From positions 1 through 37,147 of the IMG/VR virus record IMGVR_UViG_3300037484_000486: a stretch of 37,147 nt of DNA. One strand, given 5' to 3'. Origin of the DNA: a virus. Its lineage: Duplodnaviria > Caudoviricetes. Every line of letters starts with the position of its first letter. Within the stretch, counting starts at the first letter, position 1. The notes below the pieces were generated by a model. It saw only the letters and a program-made list of their open reading frames with translations. It was not told where the DNA came from and did not search any database. Shown here piece after piece: positions 17,163-26,154 of the stretch. The translations under genes and the position numbers were made by a program.

Positions 17163-20059
17163 GAAACATATCCTCTGACGGACTGGCGAAGCTGGCCGCT
17201 CGGTGCGGCAACGAACCCATCACCATCATCGAGGTGGATTGGGTGGATGGAAACACCGCGCGCTACGCCGACCGCACCGTGGGCGACATCCCCGGCCGGA
17301 TCATCGAAGTCGGCGACCTGGATAACGTCGTCAACGTGAGCAATAGCAGCGGCTCCCAATCGCTGGCCGTGACGCTGGACGACACGGACGGCACACTCAA
17401 GGCCATCATGGACAGCCACGACGTTCACAAGCGGACGGCGCGGGTCTACCAGTATTTCACCGGCCTGGCCCTGACCGACAAGTTCCTGCTTTTCAGCGGC
17501 AAGGTGAGTTCGCCCATCAGTTGGAGCGAGCGGGACCGCACCATCAAGTTCACGATCCTCTCGCAACTGGAAGACAAGGAAATCGGCTTCTCGGCGGAAG
17601 AGGGCCAGTTTCCCTATCTGCCTTCCGACATGGTGGGCAAAGCCTGGCCGATGATCTTCGGCAAGGTGATGAACTGCCCCACGCTGCAAGTGAACAAGGC
17701 GGTGACGGGGGCCACGCTTACCGGCTGCGGCATCATCAGCGGCTTGCAGTTGTGGAACGTCCTGTCGGACGGCGCGGACGAGTCCCAGTACACGCTCAGC
17801 CTCTTGCAGATAATGATTCAGATTAACCACCTGAAGAAGGTGAAGGACTGTTGGGCACCGCCGTTCCACGCGGCGGTGGACGCCACGAAGGCGGCGGACC
17901 TTCAACGGCAGATTGACGCGCTCAATCAGCAGATGCAAACGGCCGTCGCGCGGCGCGGCAAGCAGCGGGCGTGCGCGCTGGCCCGCCGGCAGCAGCAGAT
18001 CGACGAGGCGGTTGCCAACGGCGCGGGCACCAATCCTATCCGCATCCTGGGCGGCGAAGACTTCCCGCAAGGGCGGACTATCACGCTGAACATCAACGGT
18101 GGGCGGTTCACGGGCTACTTCCAGGGCGACCAGTTCTACGTCCAGACCAGCACGCACCCCGTCAACGAGACGGCGGCCCAGGCGGCTTACGACGAGAAGA
18201 CGCAAGAGCCGGCCATCTGCCTGGAGCCGACGCAGATCAGCTACTACCGCTACGAAGACGAAGTGCCCAACGGCTGCGGCGACGGGTTTCCCAAGGGGAA
18301 CAAGATCATCGACATGGGCGTGACGTTCACCAATACGAACGCCACGGTCAGCCAGATGGACACCGAGCCGGTGGCCCAGCAGTTTTGGGCGGACCCCGGC
18401 ACGACCGTCACCATTGCCAGCGACGAGCCAATTACCTACATCGCCTCCATCGTGCCCGGCACGGTCTTGGCGATGCGGGCCTACAAGCAACTCACCGGCG
18501 AGCGGCGGCTGGTGGACGTGCCGACCGACCTGTACACCGTCCAGACCCGGACCTACGGGACTGTGACGGCGGTTCAGATCGTCGTCAACAAGCCGCTCTC
18601 GACCATCACCGACCAGGGGTGGAGCGACGATCTCTACGTCACCTTCGAGTCGAGCATCGGCCCGAACGTGGTGGACATCCTCAAGTACCTGATCCAGCAC
18701 TACACCGACCTGACGTGGGACAACACCTCGTTCAACCACGTCCATACGAAGCTGGCGGCCTTCCCGGCGAACTTCCCTTTGTTGGACCGGAAGAACACCA
18801 TCGAGGTGTTGCAGGACATCGCCTTCCAAGCCCGCTGCGCCATCTGGATCAGCAACGGCGTGTTCTACCTGAAGTACCTACCGGAGCAGCCGACCCCGGC
18901 GGACACGATTACCGTGAGCGACATCGACGCCGAGAGCGGCATCGAGGTGGAGTTGACGCCCACGGAAGACATCGTGACGAAGATGAAGGTCAAGTGGCGG
19001 CTGAGTTGGGCCGCCGCCTCGGATCGGCCCCAGGACACGAACGAGAAGACGATCATCCTCCGGCACAACGTCGCCAAGTACGGCACGCAAGAGCAGGAAT
19101 ACGACTTTTACCTCTACAACCAGCCGGACATCGCTTACAAGTGTGCGACGTTCTGGTTGATTCGCAAGTCGAACACCTGGAAGCGGATCAAGTTCAAGAC
19201 CTTCTTGAACAAGCTGAACCTGGAGACGTTCGACGCCGTGACGTTGAACTTTGACGGCCGTTACGTTGCCAGCGGTTCCGTGCTGGTAATCGTGGAGAAG
19301 GCGAACTACAACTCGGCGGACAACTGCGTGGATTTCGAGTGCCTGGTCCCGGTCCTGGCCGGCACGATGGCGCAGTACCACTTCTTCTGGCCGGCGGCCC
19401 TGACGGCTGCGGACACCTGGCCGCCCGCCAACGAGATCGCGGCGGGCCAGGCCGGCGGCGGCGGCATCGGCGCGGGGGCGACCGGCAGCCTGCCGGTGGG
19501 CGACACGGCGACCATCCCGGAAGGCAGCATCATCTTCGTCGGCGGTCCCAACGTCGTGTTCCGGTCGCGGAGCGACTGGGGTGACCGCACGCCCACGGAC
19601 AGCGGCTTTTCGGCCCAGTCGGTGGTCGATACTTCAACCTACATCAACCTCTCCCCCGGATCGCGTCCGCGCCTGAATCTGCGGACGTACCCACGGCGCA
19701 GCCCGGCGGCCATCACGCCCGCCGCCACGTCGTCGAGCCAGATTACGGTCGATATTCACAAGACCAAGATTCTCGACACGTCCGGGCCGGAAACGAAGTC
19801 GGCCTTCCTCTCGTCGATCCTGGAAGGGATCAATGAGGATGGCGACCTGACCATCAGCCGAGAAGCCACTGTGGCGGACGACGAGAACACTGAGGGCCGC
19901 CCGTTGACGGACGTGCTGAAGTTCGGCGACGAGTACCTGGGTGTCCGCACGGACGTGTCCTTCGTGGACCCGGACGACGGCGAACACGAGTTCGATTTCG
20001 AGTACGACCCGACAAGCGAGAAGTTTGGTGCCGGCACGGCGTTTTTGCAGAGTGATTAG
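17159..20059 (+). CDS. Large tail tip / baseplate hub protein
   Basis: 966 aa, GTG start overlapping the previous stop; VGKAWPMIFG and NVAKYG motifs of tail tip proteins. Confidence 0.7.
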   Translation: MRNISSDGLAKLAARCGNEPITIIEVDWVDGNTARYADRTVGDIPGRIIEVGDLDNVVNVSNSSGSQSLAVTLDDTDGTLKAIMDSHDVHKRTARVYQYFTGLALTDKFLLFSGKVSSPISWSERDRTIKFTILSQLEDKEIGFSAEEGQFPYLPSDMVGKAWPMIFGKVMNCPTLQVNKAVTGATLTGCGIISGLQLWNVLSDGADESQYTLSLLQIMIQINHLKKVKDCWAPPFHAAVDATKAADLQRQIDALNQQMQTAVARRGKQRACALARRQQQIDEAVANGAGTNPIRILGGEDFPQGRTITLNINGGRFTGYFQGDQFYVQTSTHPVNETAAQAAYDEKTQEPAICLEPTQISYYRYEDEVPNGCGDGFPKGNKIIDMGVTFTNTNATVSQMDTEPVAQQFWADPGTTVTIASDEPITYIASIVPGTVLAMRAYKQLTGERRLVDVPTDLYTVQTRTYGTVTAVQIVVNKPLSTITDQGWSDDLYVTFESSIGPNVVDILKYLIQHYTDLTWDNTSFNHVHTKLAAFPANFPLLDRKNTIEVLQDIAFQARCAIWISNGVFYLKYLPEQPTPADTITVSDIDAESGIEVELTPTEDIVTKMKVKWRLSWAAASDRPQDTNEKTIILRHNVAKYGTQEQEYDFYLYNQPDIAYKCATFWLIRKSNTWKRIKFKTFLNKLNLETFDAVTLNFDGRYVASGSVLVIVEKANYNSADNCVDFECLVPVLAGTMAQYHFFWPAALTAADTWPPANEIAAGQAGGGGIGAGATGSLPVGDTATIPEGSIIFVGGPNVVFRSRSDWGDRTPTDSGFSAQSVVDTSTYINLSPGSRPRLNLRTYPRRSPAAITPAATSSSQITVDIHKTKILDTSGPETKSAFLSSILEGINEDGDLTISREATVADDENTEGRPLTDVLKFGDEYLGVRTDVSFVDPDDGEHEFDFEYDPTSEKFGAGTAFLQSD

Positions 20060-20067
20060 GAGCACGC

Positions 20068-20889
20068 ATGGCCGCCACCTACGTCCTGACTACCGACGGC
20101 TGGAACGGTCTGCTGGAGCAGATCAACTATCTGGCCCAGCACCCGCCCGAGGGCTGTGATCCAATCGCGCCGTTGGACCTTGTGACCGCGCCGCACAAGT
20201 GGAGCACGGCGGACATCACGGCGGCGCGGGACAAGCTGACGGAGATTTGTTCCGACAACGAGTTCTTCGCCCCTTCGACCGGCCGTTGGGTGCAAGAGAT
20301 CATCGACGAGCTACAGGACGCCATCGACAACGGCTGGTGCAACTGCGAGCCGGAGATACCGTGCTGCATCCCGATTGGAAACGGGACAGTGCAGATAAAT
20401 CCCGGCGGCTACTACGTGACGATTCCGTATTGGCAGATCGTCGAACAGTACCTCTATGGATACGTCAGCGACGCCGACGCGGAAGCGGCGTTCCCGGATG
20501 GCGTCTGGGCGCGGATTGTCGAATGCTATCCCGGCAGCAGCGGATTTGTTTCGCATAGTTACCACCATTCGCATTGGGTGAATTGCGTCTACCAGGATCA
20601 TTGGCTGGACAACGGCCAATCGCGTGGAGAGGAGTATTGGAACACCTGCCAGATTGATCCCGAGGAGGTCAACTACTTGGGCCGGCTGCCGGCGATTGCA
20701 TCCAGCTACGAGAGCGGTACGTCGGTCGGAGGGACCAACTACGGCAGCTATCCTTGGACCTGTTCGTACCACTATGACTACATCGAAGGCCGATGGTATG
20801 AGTCGTGTCAGATCGGCTACTTCGAGGTAGATGCTTATTGGTACACGTTTGCGTATTGGAACCTGTTTACCTGTCCTACTGATTGGTGA
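20068..20889 (+). CDS. Cys/Tyr/Trp-rich putative virion protein
   Basis: 273 aa, RBS AGGAG, last large gene of the tail operon. Confidence 0.6.
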   Translation: MAATYVLTTDGWNGLLEQINYLAQHPPEGCDPIAPLDLVTAPHKWSTADITAARDKLTEICSDNEFFAPSTGRWVQEIIDELQDAIDNGWCNCEPEIPCCIPIGNGTVQINPGGYYVTIPYWQIVEQYLYGYVSDADAEAAFPDGVWARIVECYPGSSGFVSHSYHHSHWVNCVYQDHWLDNGQSRGEEYWNTCQIDPEEVNYLGRLPAIASSYESGTSVGGTNYGSYPWTCSYHYDYIEGRWYESCQIGYFEVDAYWYTFAYWNLFTCPTDW

Positions 20890-20900
20890 GGAACCTAGCA

Positions 20901-21089
20901 ATGGCAAAGACGTGGATTCAAGGCGCGATCAAGCGTCCAGGGGCGTTGACGGCAAAGGCAAAGGCGGCGGGCATGACGCCCTCGGCGTACATGGCCCATC
21001 CACCCAAGGGAATCTCCGCGACCGCCAAGCGCGAGATCAACCTGGCGAAGACCTTGGCGACGTTCCACAAGCGTGGGCGCGGCAAGTAA
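20901..21089 (+). CDS. Small basic phage protein (KxWIQxAIKxPGAL type)
   Basis: 62 aa MAKTWIQGAIKRPGALTAKAK..NLAKTL; RBS GAGGA. Confidence 0.65.
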   Translation: MAKTWIQGAIKRPGALTAKAKAAGMTPSAYMAHPPKGISATAKREINLAKTLATFHKRGRGK

Positions 21090-21121
21090 CGTATTCGGCA
21101 AGTGCGGCAAGTGCCAAAGCG

Positions 21122-21154
21122 AAATGCCCAGGTGGAGAACCACCTGGGCATTTT
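21122..21154. terminator. Bidirectional terminator between convergent operons
   Basis: AAATGCCCAGGTGG-AGAA-CCACCTGGGCATTT, a perfect 14-bp stem. Confidence 0.8.
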
Positions 21155-21181
21155 GTCGCTCATTCCGTTTGTTGGTGCCCG

Positions 21182-21583
21182 TCAGGCGGGCGGTTGGCGG
21201 GCGAGGCAATTCTGGCAGTGGTCCGGCGAAACCTCTTCGCCGAATTGCCCCGCCTCGGGATTACCGCAGAGGCCAGCTATCTGCAAGGTCTTGTCTACGA
21301 CCTTGACTCGTAGCATCCGGTGAGGGCAAGCCGGCCAGATCGGATAGAGGCGCTGGCCTTCGGCCCGGTAGCCGGCCAAAGCTGGCGGCAAGCCGGGAAA
21401 CTCCAAGGAGCCGTCCGGGTGGACGGTCGGCCGCCCGTGGGCGAGTTCCACGTCGGGGATCGCCTGGGCAACGAGGCGACAGAAGTCGCCTGGCGAGCCG
21501 CCGGTGCAGACTAGGTAGTTGCAGCCGCCGGTGGGAACCGGCCGGCGATCTTCGGGGCAGTCGCAGGGCTGGGAGTTTACCAT
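21182..21583 (-). CDS. Cys-rich hypothetical protein
   Basis: 133 aa with CxC, WPACPHR and CQNC; overlaps the upstream gene's end. Confidence 0.65.
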   Translation of the reverse strand: MVNSQPCDCPEDRRPVPTGGCNYLVCTGGSPGDFCRLVAQAIPDVELAHGRPTVHPDGSLEFPGLPPALAGYRAEGQRLYPIWPACPHRMLRVKVVDKTLQIAGLCGNPEAGQFGEEVSPDHCQNCLARQPPA

Positions 21584-22038
21584 AGTTCGCGGGGGCAGTG
21601 TTCGGTAGCCATCTTGATCTTATTGATAACGGCCACGCCGTTCTCGGCGACTCGGCACCCGCAGCCACGGCAGATTTGCCGTTCGGGGTCGAACCACTTG
21701 CACGTCTTGCAGCTTTCGTTGAATATCCGTTCGACTTCCTTGTCTGGGCGCGTGGGCTGACCGGCGGCAGTCCAGCGGGCGACGGCCTCGGCCCAGGAGT
21801 AGGCGCGACGAATCAATCCGGGTGGCGTCGGCACCCCGGCCGGTGCTGGCGGGGGCGGCGGATCAGAGGTCTCCGGCCCGGTCGGCTCGGATTCAAGCCC
21901 GAGGCAGCGGCGGCAGTCGATGGGACGGATCAGCCGCAGAAAGCATACCTTCATCGGGTCGTTGCACGTCGGATGCCGGTCTGCGCCGTCAAGGCGTTTC
22001 AGGCATGGTGGATACTCACGTTCGCTGTCGGCTGCCAT
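21577..22038 (-). CDS. Cys-rich protein (DUF6171-like C-terminus)
   Basis: 153 aa from MAADSERE; CKTC..CRGCGC..KIKMATEHCPxxxW; Pro-rich linker. Confidence 0.65.
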   Translation of the reverse strand: MAADSEREYPPCLKRLDGADRHPTCNDPMKVCFLRLIRPIDCRRCLGLESEPTGPETSDPPPPPAPAGVPTPPGLIRRAYSWAEAVARWTAAGQPTRPDKEVERIFNESCKTCKWFDPERQICRGCGCRVAENGVAVINKIKMATEHCPRELW

Positions 22039-22049
22039 GACCACTCTCC

Positions 22050-22670
22050 CTAGAACATCCGCAGCAGAGCATGATAGACTTCCGCCTCGGCAATGCAGTC
22101 GGCCAAGGCGTCGTGGGGATTCGTGTTGACAATCCCTAGCTTGGCGCACATCGCGCCCAGGCTGACGCGCGGGAACGGCTGCGGCTCGCCTTGGAAGGCG
22201 GCCTTGTCGTTCAAGGCCACGGCGTAGAGCATCCCGTCGCGGGCGTGACTGTGGAAGATTACATCCGTTTGCTCGACGCCCAGCCACGCCTTCAAGAAGC
22301 TTGACTCGAAGGCCCAGTTGTGGGCCAGCGGGATCAGGCACTTCTTGAACGGCAGCTTTAGACCCTCGTACCACTCGAAGAGCCAATCGGCCACGCGGTC
22401 GGCCTCCGGGGCATGGAGCAGCAGTTGCTCCATCGGAATCTTGTGCTTCTGCCTTGCGGCCTCGCTCTCCCGCTCCGGGTGCTGTGGCTTGACGTGCGTG
22501 TAGAACGGGCGCACGCCCTCCAACACGTTGAAGTCGGAGTCCAGGGGTACGACGGCGATCTGGATGATTTCGTGCCAGCCGGGGCGGGTGCCGGTGGTCT
22601 CCAAGTCAACGGCTGCCATTAGGCAGCCGTTGAGATGGACTAGGCCGGGATAGATGATCGAATCAACCAC
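22050..22670 (-). CDS. DEDDh 3'-5' exonuclease (DnaQ-like)
   Basis: VDLETTG, AHNWAFE and HDALADC motifs. Confidence 0.9.
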   Translation of the reverse strand: MVDSIIYPGLVHLNGCLMAAVDLETTGTRPGWHEIIQIAVVPLDSDFNVLEGVRPFYTHVKPQHPERESEAARQKHKIPMEQLLLHAPEADRVADWLFEWYEGLKLPFKKCLIPLAHNWAFESSFLKAWLGVEQTDVIFHSHARDGMLYAVALNDKAAFQGEPQPFPRVSLGAMCAKLGIVNTNPHDALADCIAEAEVYHALLRMF

Positions 22671-23145
22671 GGCGGGCTTTCCTCCCTGGCGTGCGTGCCT
22701 TCTTGTCGAGCTGGTTCTTCACCTCCTTGGCACCCTTCCGCATCTTACGGATCGTCACCCGGCTCGGATCAATGACGCGCGGCTGATAGTTCGGCATGTC
22801 ATTGAGTTCCGCCGACAGCAGCCCGCGCTCGATCATCTCCTCGTAATGGATCAGGGCCATTGCGTTGAACATGATCGCGGCCAGGTGGTCTTCATCCTGC
22901 TTGCCCTGCTGGAACTTCATCAGGTGCCGCTTCAAGGAGGCCACGCAGCGAGTGAAGGGCATCCCCTTTTCCCAATTCCGCTCGGCGTACTTCTTGGCTC
23001 CCATGAGCAGCCAGTGGCCTTGCCGCTCTTCGGCAAATGGCGAGATCAGATCGGGCCGGGGCTTGTCGTCCGCCGTGTCGCGGATTGCCATGCCGTCGCC
23101 GAAGGATTGCCGTTTGCCACTGTCCGTCATGCCGTACTTGCTCAT
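22663..23145 (-). CDS. dATP/dGTP diphosphohydrolase domain protein (DUF5664-type)
   Basis: DKPRPDLI..GAKKYAERNWEKG..SLKRH..EDHLAAIMFN signature. Confidence 0.8.
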   Translation of the reverse strand: MSKYGMTDSGKRQSFGDGMAIRDTADDKPRPDLISPFAEERQGHWLLMGAKKYAERNWEKGMPFTRCVASLKRHLMKFQQGKQDEDHLAAIMFNAMALIHYEEMIERGLLSAELNDMPNYQPRVIDPSRVTIRKMRKGAKEVKNQLDKKARTPGRKARRG

Positions 23146-23315
23146 TGATCTTCTCCAGGGTTCATAGGTGCAACTTCAAGGATGTCGCCGCCGTAGTCGT
23201 CGGCGAAGGCCGCTTCATCCTCGGGCCATTCGTCCGTCTCGACTTCGGCAACTAGCTCGGCCCGCAACACGGAGCGCGAGAGGAAACCGGTGGCACGGTA
23301 CACGCGAAGCATCAT
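23142..23315 (-). CDS. Small hypothetical protein with an acidic C-terminus
   Basis: 57 aa MMLRVYRATG...; ATGA overlaps at both ends. Confidence 0.6.
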   Translation of the reverse strand: MMLRVYRATGFLSRSVLRAELVAEVETDEWPEDEAAFADDYGGDILEVAPMNPGEDQ

Positions 23316-25984
23316 TGCTTGCCTCCCTCCGCCGGTTTGAGAGTCAGATCGGAAACATAAGTCTTGTGGTAGTTGCCCTTGAAGCGTTGGTGCTGGACGG
23401 GCAACTCCTTGCTCACGCGAATCTTCGTCCAGAAGCCCCTTTCGTCGGAATGGTCTTCCGACTTGCTGAGCCAAGTCTGGAAGGCAGCAAAAAACTCAGA
23501 GAACAGCGTGTGCTTATCCGGCCTGTATTCGCAGTGCTCGTTGATGAATTGCTCCAGGGGACTTTGATTGTCGTCCTGAGCAGACAGCTTGCTTCCCGTG
23601 GTCACGACGGGCACTCGGAGCCGGCCCATGATGGGCGGCAGGTCCATGTGCATGATGCTATGGAGGAAGTGCGGAGCCTCTTGATCCAAGAAGACTTCCA
23701 TCTTCGGCTTGGGGATCTTCTGCTCTTCCAGCAGATCGTTGACGCGAATCATCGTGATGCGCGTGTCGCCGGGAAAGACAGGACAGTTCCCACGATTGTT
23801 GGCGGTTTGGACCCAGTGAGTTGCGTTCGGCTGCTCGAAGCTGTCGTGTCGCATCTTGCGAATGAGGATGGTGCGGCCGGTGCTGTACTCTTTCAGCTTG
23901 GCGTGGGCACCAGGGGACTTCGTGATGTCTACCTCTTCCACGGCGCAGATGATTGCACCAGATAGCTCGCCATTAAACTCACTGGTAAGCGCCCGTTTGG
24001 CCTGGACCACACCTTTCGTCACCAGGCGGCTTAGCGATTCGTAGAAGATGCTCTTGCCGCTGTCTTCGGGACCGAAGAAGAAGAGGTAAGGTGTTGGCTG
24101 GAAAGGATCGCGGAAGGCACAGGCGACCCAGGCCCGCAGGTAGTCAGCCCCGGTACGAATGTTCGCGTCAATGGCCCACGGCAGTTCGCGCAGCAGCGGA
24201 GTGAGTTCATGGCCGATGTGGTCAAAGATCATGTCCCAGTGGGGATGATAGGGAACCTCCTCGTCGGCCACCTCGGCAGGCTTGAACTTGAATTGGGCAG
24301 CATCGAGATTCCATTGACGGCCGCCGGGATACTCTTCGCGGAAGGGCAGGTTGACTAGACGCCATCCTCGCGCGACGGCCGCGCCCATGATTTCCTCGGC
24401 CTCCGTTTTCGGGTGGCCCAGGCTTTGTAGCACGATCTTGACGTTGGAGAACGGTTGTCGCACCCATTCCCTTTCCTTCTTTATCACCCAGCCGGCGTGC
24501 TCCACGGCGGCGGTTTCCACAGCGCGAACGAGGTTGTCAAACTCGGTGAAGTCGAGTTGATCGTCTTCCTTGGCATCCGTCTGGACCTTGAAAATCTTGA
24601 CGGCCTTTCCCTTCTTGTCGTCCCAACCTTCCAGCTTCGCTTCGTCCGCTTTCCGCTCGATCTCGACAATGAGCCGTCCGTCTTTGTGGGCTTTGAGCGT
24701 GATCTTCCGGCCCTCAGAAATATCGCGGGACAGTCTGAGGTCTTCGCCGATTGCGGCGGCAGCTTCGGTAGCTTTCTCCGGGTCTGTAAAGACATAGCCG
24801 CCCTGCTCTCGCTCGACGCCGCCGAACAGCGTGCAAGCGGTCGCCAGATCGGGATAACGGTTGAAGCAGCAGGTGGTCCAGCCCTGGCCGTCTTGCGTCC
24901 AGGTGTTGGCCTCGGAAATGCCGGGCGAGAAGCGATAGACCCGCCAGGCCCCATTGGGCAGTGGGAAGAGGAAACAATTGGGCGTTCCCTTGTCCCGCCC
25001 CTCGGAGATCGTCTTGAAGACACCGACCAATTTCAGTGCCTTGCCCTCCGGGCCTTCCATGAGTTCACGTAGCGCTGCCGTATGTGTTTGCAGCAGGTGG
25101 TGGTCGGCGACCCAGAGGGCGGTGAAGCCGGATCGCATCAGGGCCTCGATCTGGGCCTTGTGGCTGTCGTCCAGGGGAACCATTTTCCGGCTGGATGCCA
25201 GGGCCTCGAACGGGTCTTGATCGTCTTCGGCGATCTCGTTGACGCGAATCTTGGATCGCCGGCCCTTGACCACTTCAATGTGGTCCCGCCAGTTGGCCGG
25301 CAAGTCGGATTCGCTTAGCCGCTTTGTGGCCGGCTTGATGATTTTTAGCCCGCGGTTTTCGGCCGACATCTTGCGATGCCAAATCCACATGACGTGGCCG
25401 CAGGCGTCGATCGCGCTGGCGAAGTCGAAGCCGCATTCGGCGGACATCATGCCGAGAATACAGCGAGCGAGGGCGGCGTGTTCGGTATGGTTGTCGGTGG
25501 GAACACCGGCACGGTCGAGATAGACATAGAGGTGGATGCCACCGCCGCCGGTGCTGCGGCGGACTTCAACGTAAGGCAAGGCGCAGGCGGCTTGCTTAAC
25601 CTTCTCCAGCTCCTTTTCTTCGATACCGATGCCCTGGGCATGACCGGTCAAGGCGTCGAAGTCGTAACCAAAGTGCCGAGAGCGGCGGGCCTGCCAATCC
25701 CAGCCCGTCATGCCGATGCCTTCGGCGTAAAGATCAAACGGGTAGCCGATCTTGTAGTCTTCCCACGTTGGGTCCGTGGCGGCGTTCTTCGGGATGCGGA
25801 TGGAGTGCCAGGTATCGCTTCCGTTCGACCAAGTGGACTTCTTGCCGGCAACCGGCTCACCATCGGCGGCCATGACGTTGACCTGCGTTTCCATTGAAAC
25901 GGACCACCGATCCACCAGATCGGCATTGGCCGGCGTCTTGCGGGCGTGGAGGAACTTGTAGAGGGCTTCGCTGGCTAAGGGCAT
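23312..25984 (-). CDS. DNA primase-helicase (AEP-type primase plus SF3/D5-like NTPase)
   Basis: Likely start MPLASEAL (890 aa); DFD..RRSTGGGGIHLYV primase motifs; Walker A GPEDSGKS; Walker B ICAVEE; VQTAN motif C. Confidence 0.85.
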   Translation of the reverse strand: MPLASEALYKFLHARKTPANADLVDRWSVSMETQVNVMAADGEPVAGKKSTWSNGSDTWHSIRIPKNAATDPTWEDYKIGYPFDLYAEGIGMTGWDWQARRSRHFGYDFDALTGHAQGIGIEEKELEKVKQAACALPYVEVRRSTGGGGIHLYVYLDRAGVPTDNHTEHAALARCILGMMSAECGFDFASAIDACGHVMWIWHRKMSAENRGLKIIKPATKRLSESDLPANWRDHIEVVKGRRSKIRVNEIAEDDQDPFEALASSRKMVPLDDSHKAQIEALMRSGFTALWVADHHLLQTHTAALRELMEGPEGKALKLVGVFKTISEGRDKGTPNCFLFPLPNGAWRVYRFSPGISEANTWTQDGQGWTTCCFNRYPDLATACTLFGGVEREQGGYVFTDPEKATEAAAAIGEDLRLSRDISEGRKITLKAHKDGRLIVEIERKADEAKLEGWDDKKGKAVKIFKVQTDAKEDDQLDFTEFDNLVRAVETAAVEHAGWVIKKEREWVRQPFSNVKIVLQSLGHPKTEAEEIMGAAVARGWRLVNLPFREEYPGGRQWNLDAAQFKFKPAEVADEEVPYHPHWDMIFDHIGHELTPLLRELPWAIDANIRTGADYLRAWVACAFRDPFQPTPYLFFFGPEDSGKSIFYESLSRLVTKGVVQAKRALTSEFNGELSGAIICAVEEVDITKSPGAHAKLKEYSTGRTILIRKMRHDSFEQPNATHWVQTANNRGNCPVFPGDTRITMIRVNDLLEEQKIPKPKMEVFLDQEAPHFLHSIMHMDLPPIMGRLRVPVVTTGSKLSAQDDNQSPLEQFINEHCEYRPDKHTLFSEFFAAFQTWLSKSEDHSDERGFWTKIRVSKELPVQHQRFKGNYHKTYVSDLTLKPAEGGKQ

Positions 25985-26074
25985 TGTTGTGTCTCTAGGG
26001 CCGCGTCGGTCGATCCTCGTCAGGCGTATAAACGTCCTCAGCGCGGACCTTTGAGACTGGCCCGCATCTACACC

Positions 26075-26150
26075 CCTACACATGACTGCCAAATCCCTTG
26101 GATTTTCAGGAATTACTGAAAAAACCCGCGTTTTGGCAGTCATGTGTAGG
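26075..26150. promoter_or_regulatory. Long inverted repeat in the divergent intergenic region (candidate origin, parS or operator)
   Basis: CCTACACATGACTGCCAAA (26075-26093) / TTTGGCAGTCATGTGTAGG (26132-26150), with inner TTTTCAG/CTGAAAA. Confidence 0.7.
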
Positions 26151-26154
26151 TGTC

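Noticed and set aside
17099-19254. Long alternative-frame ORFs (17099-18829 minus, 17971-19254 plus; likewise 10248-11750 and 29925-31376 minus)
   Set aside because: Shadow ORFs expected from high GC3; they overlap well-supported genes and show no motifs
8279-20889. Diversity-generating retroelement acting on the adhesin or tip genes
   Set aside because: No reverse transcriptase and no template/variable repeat pair differing only at adenines; paralog differences involve all bases and indels
21080-21112. Three copies of CGGCAAGT before the terminator
   Set aside because: Too short and irregularly spaced to support an iteron or operator call
25985-26154. Extended N-termini of the primase-helicase (to 26143) and ParB (from 26098) in the ORF track
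   Set aside because: They overlap each other across the inverted repeat; downstream ATGs give a sensible divergent intergenic region
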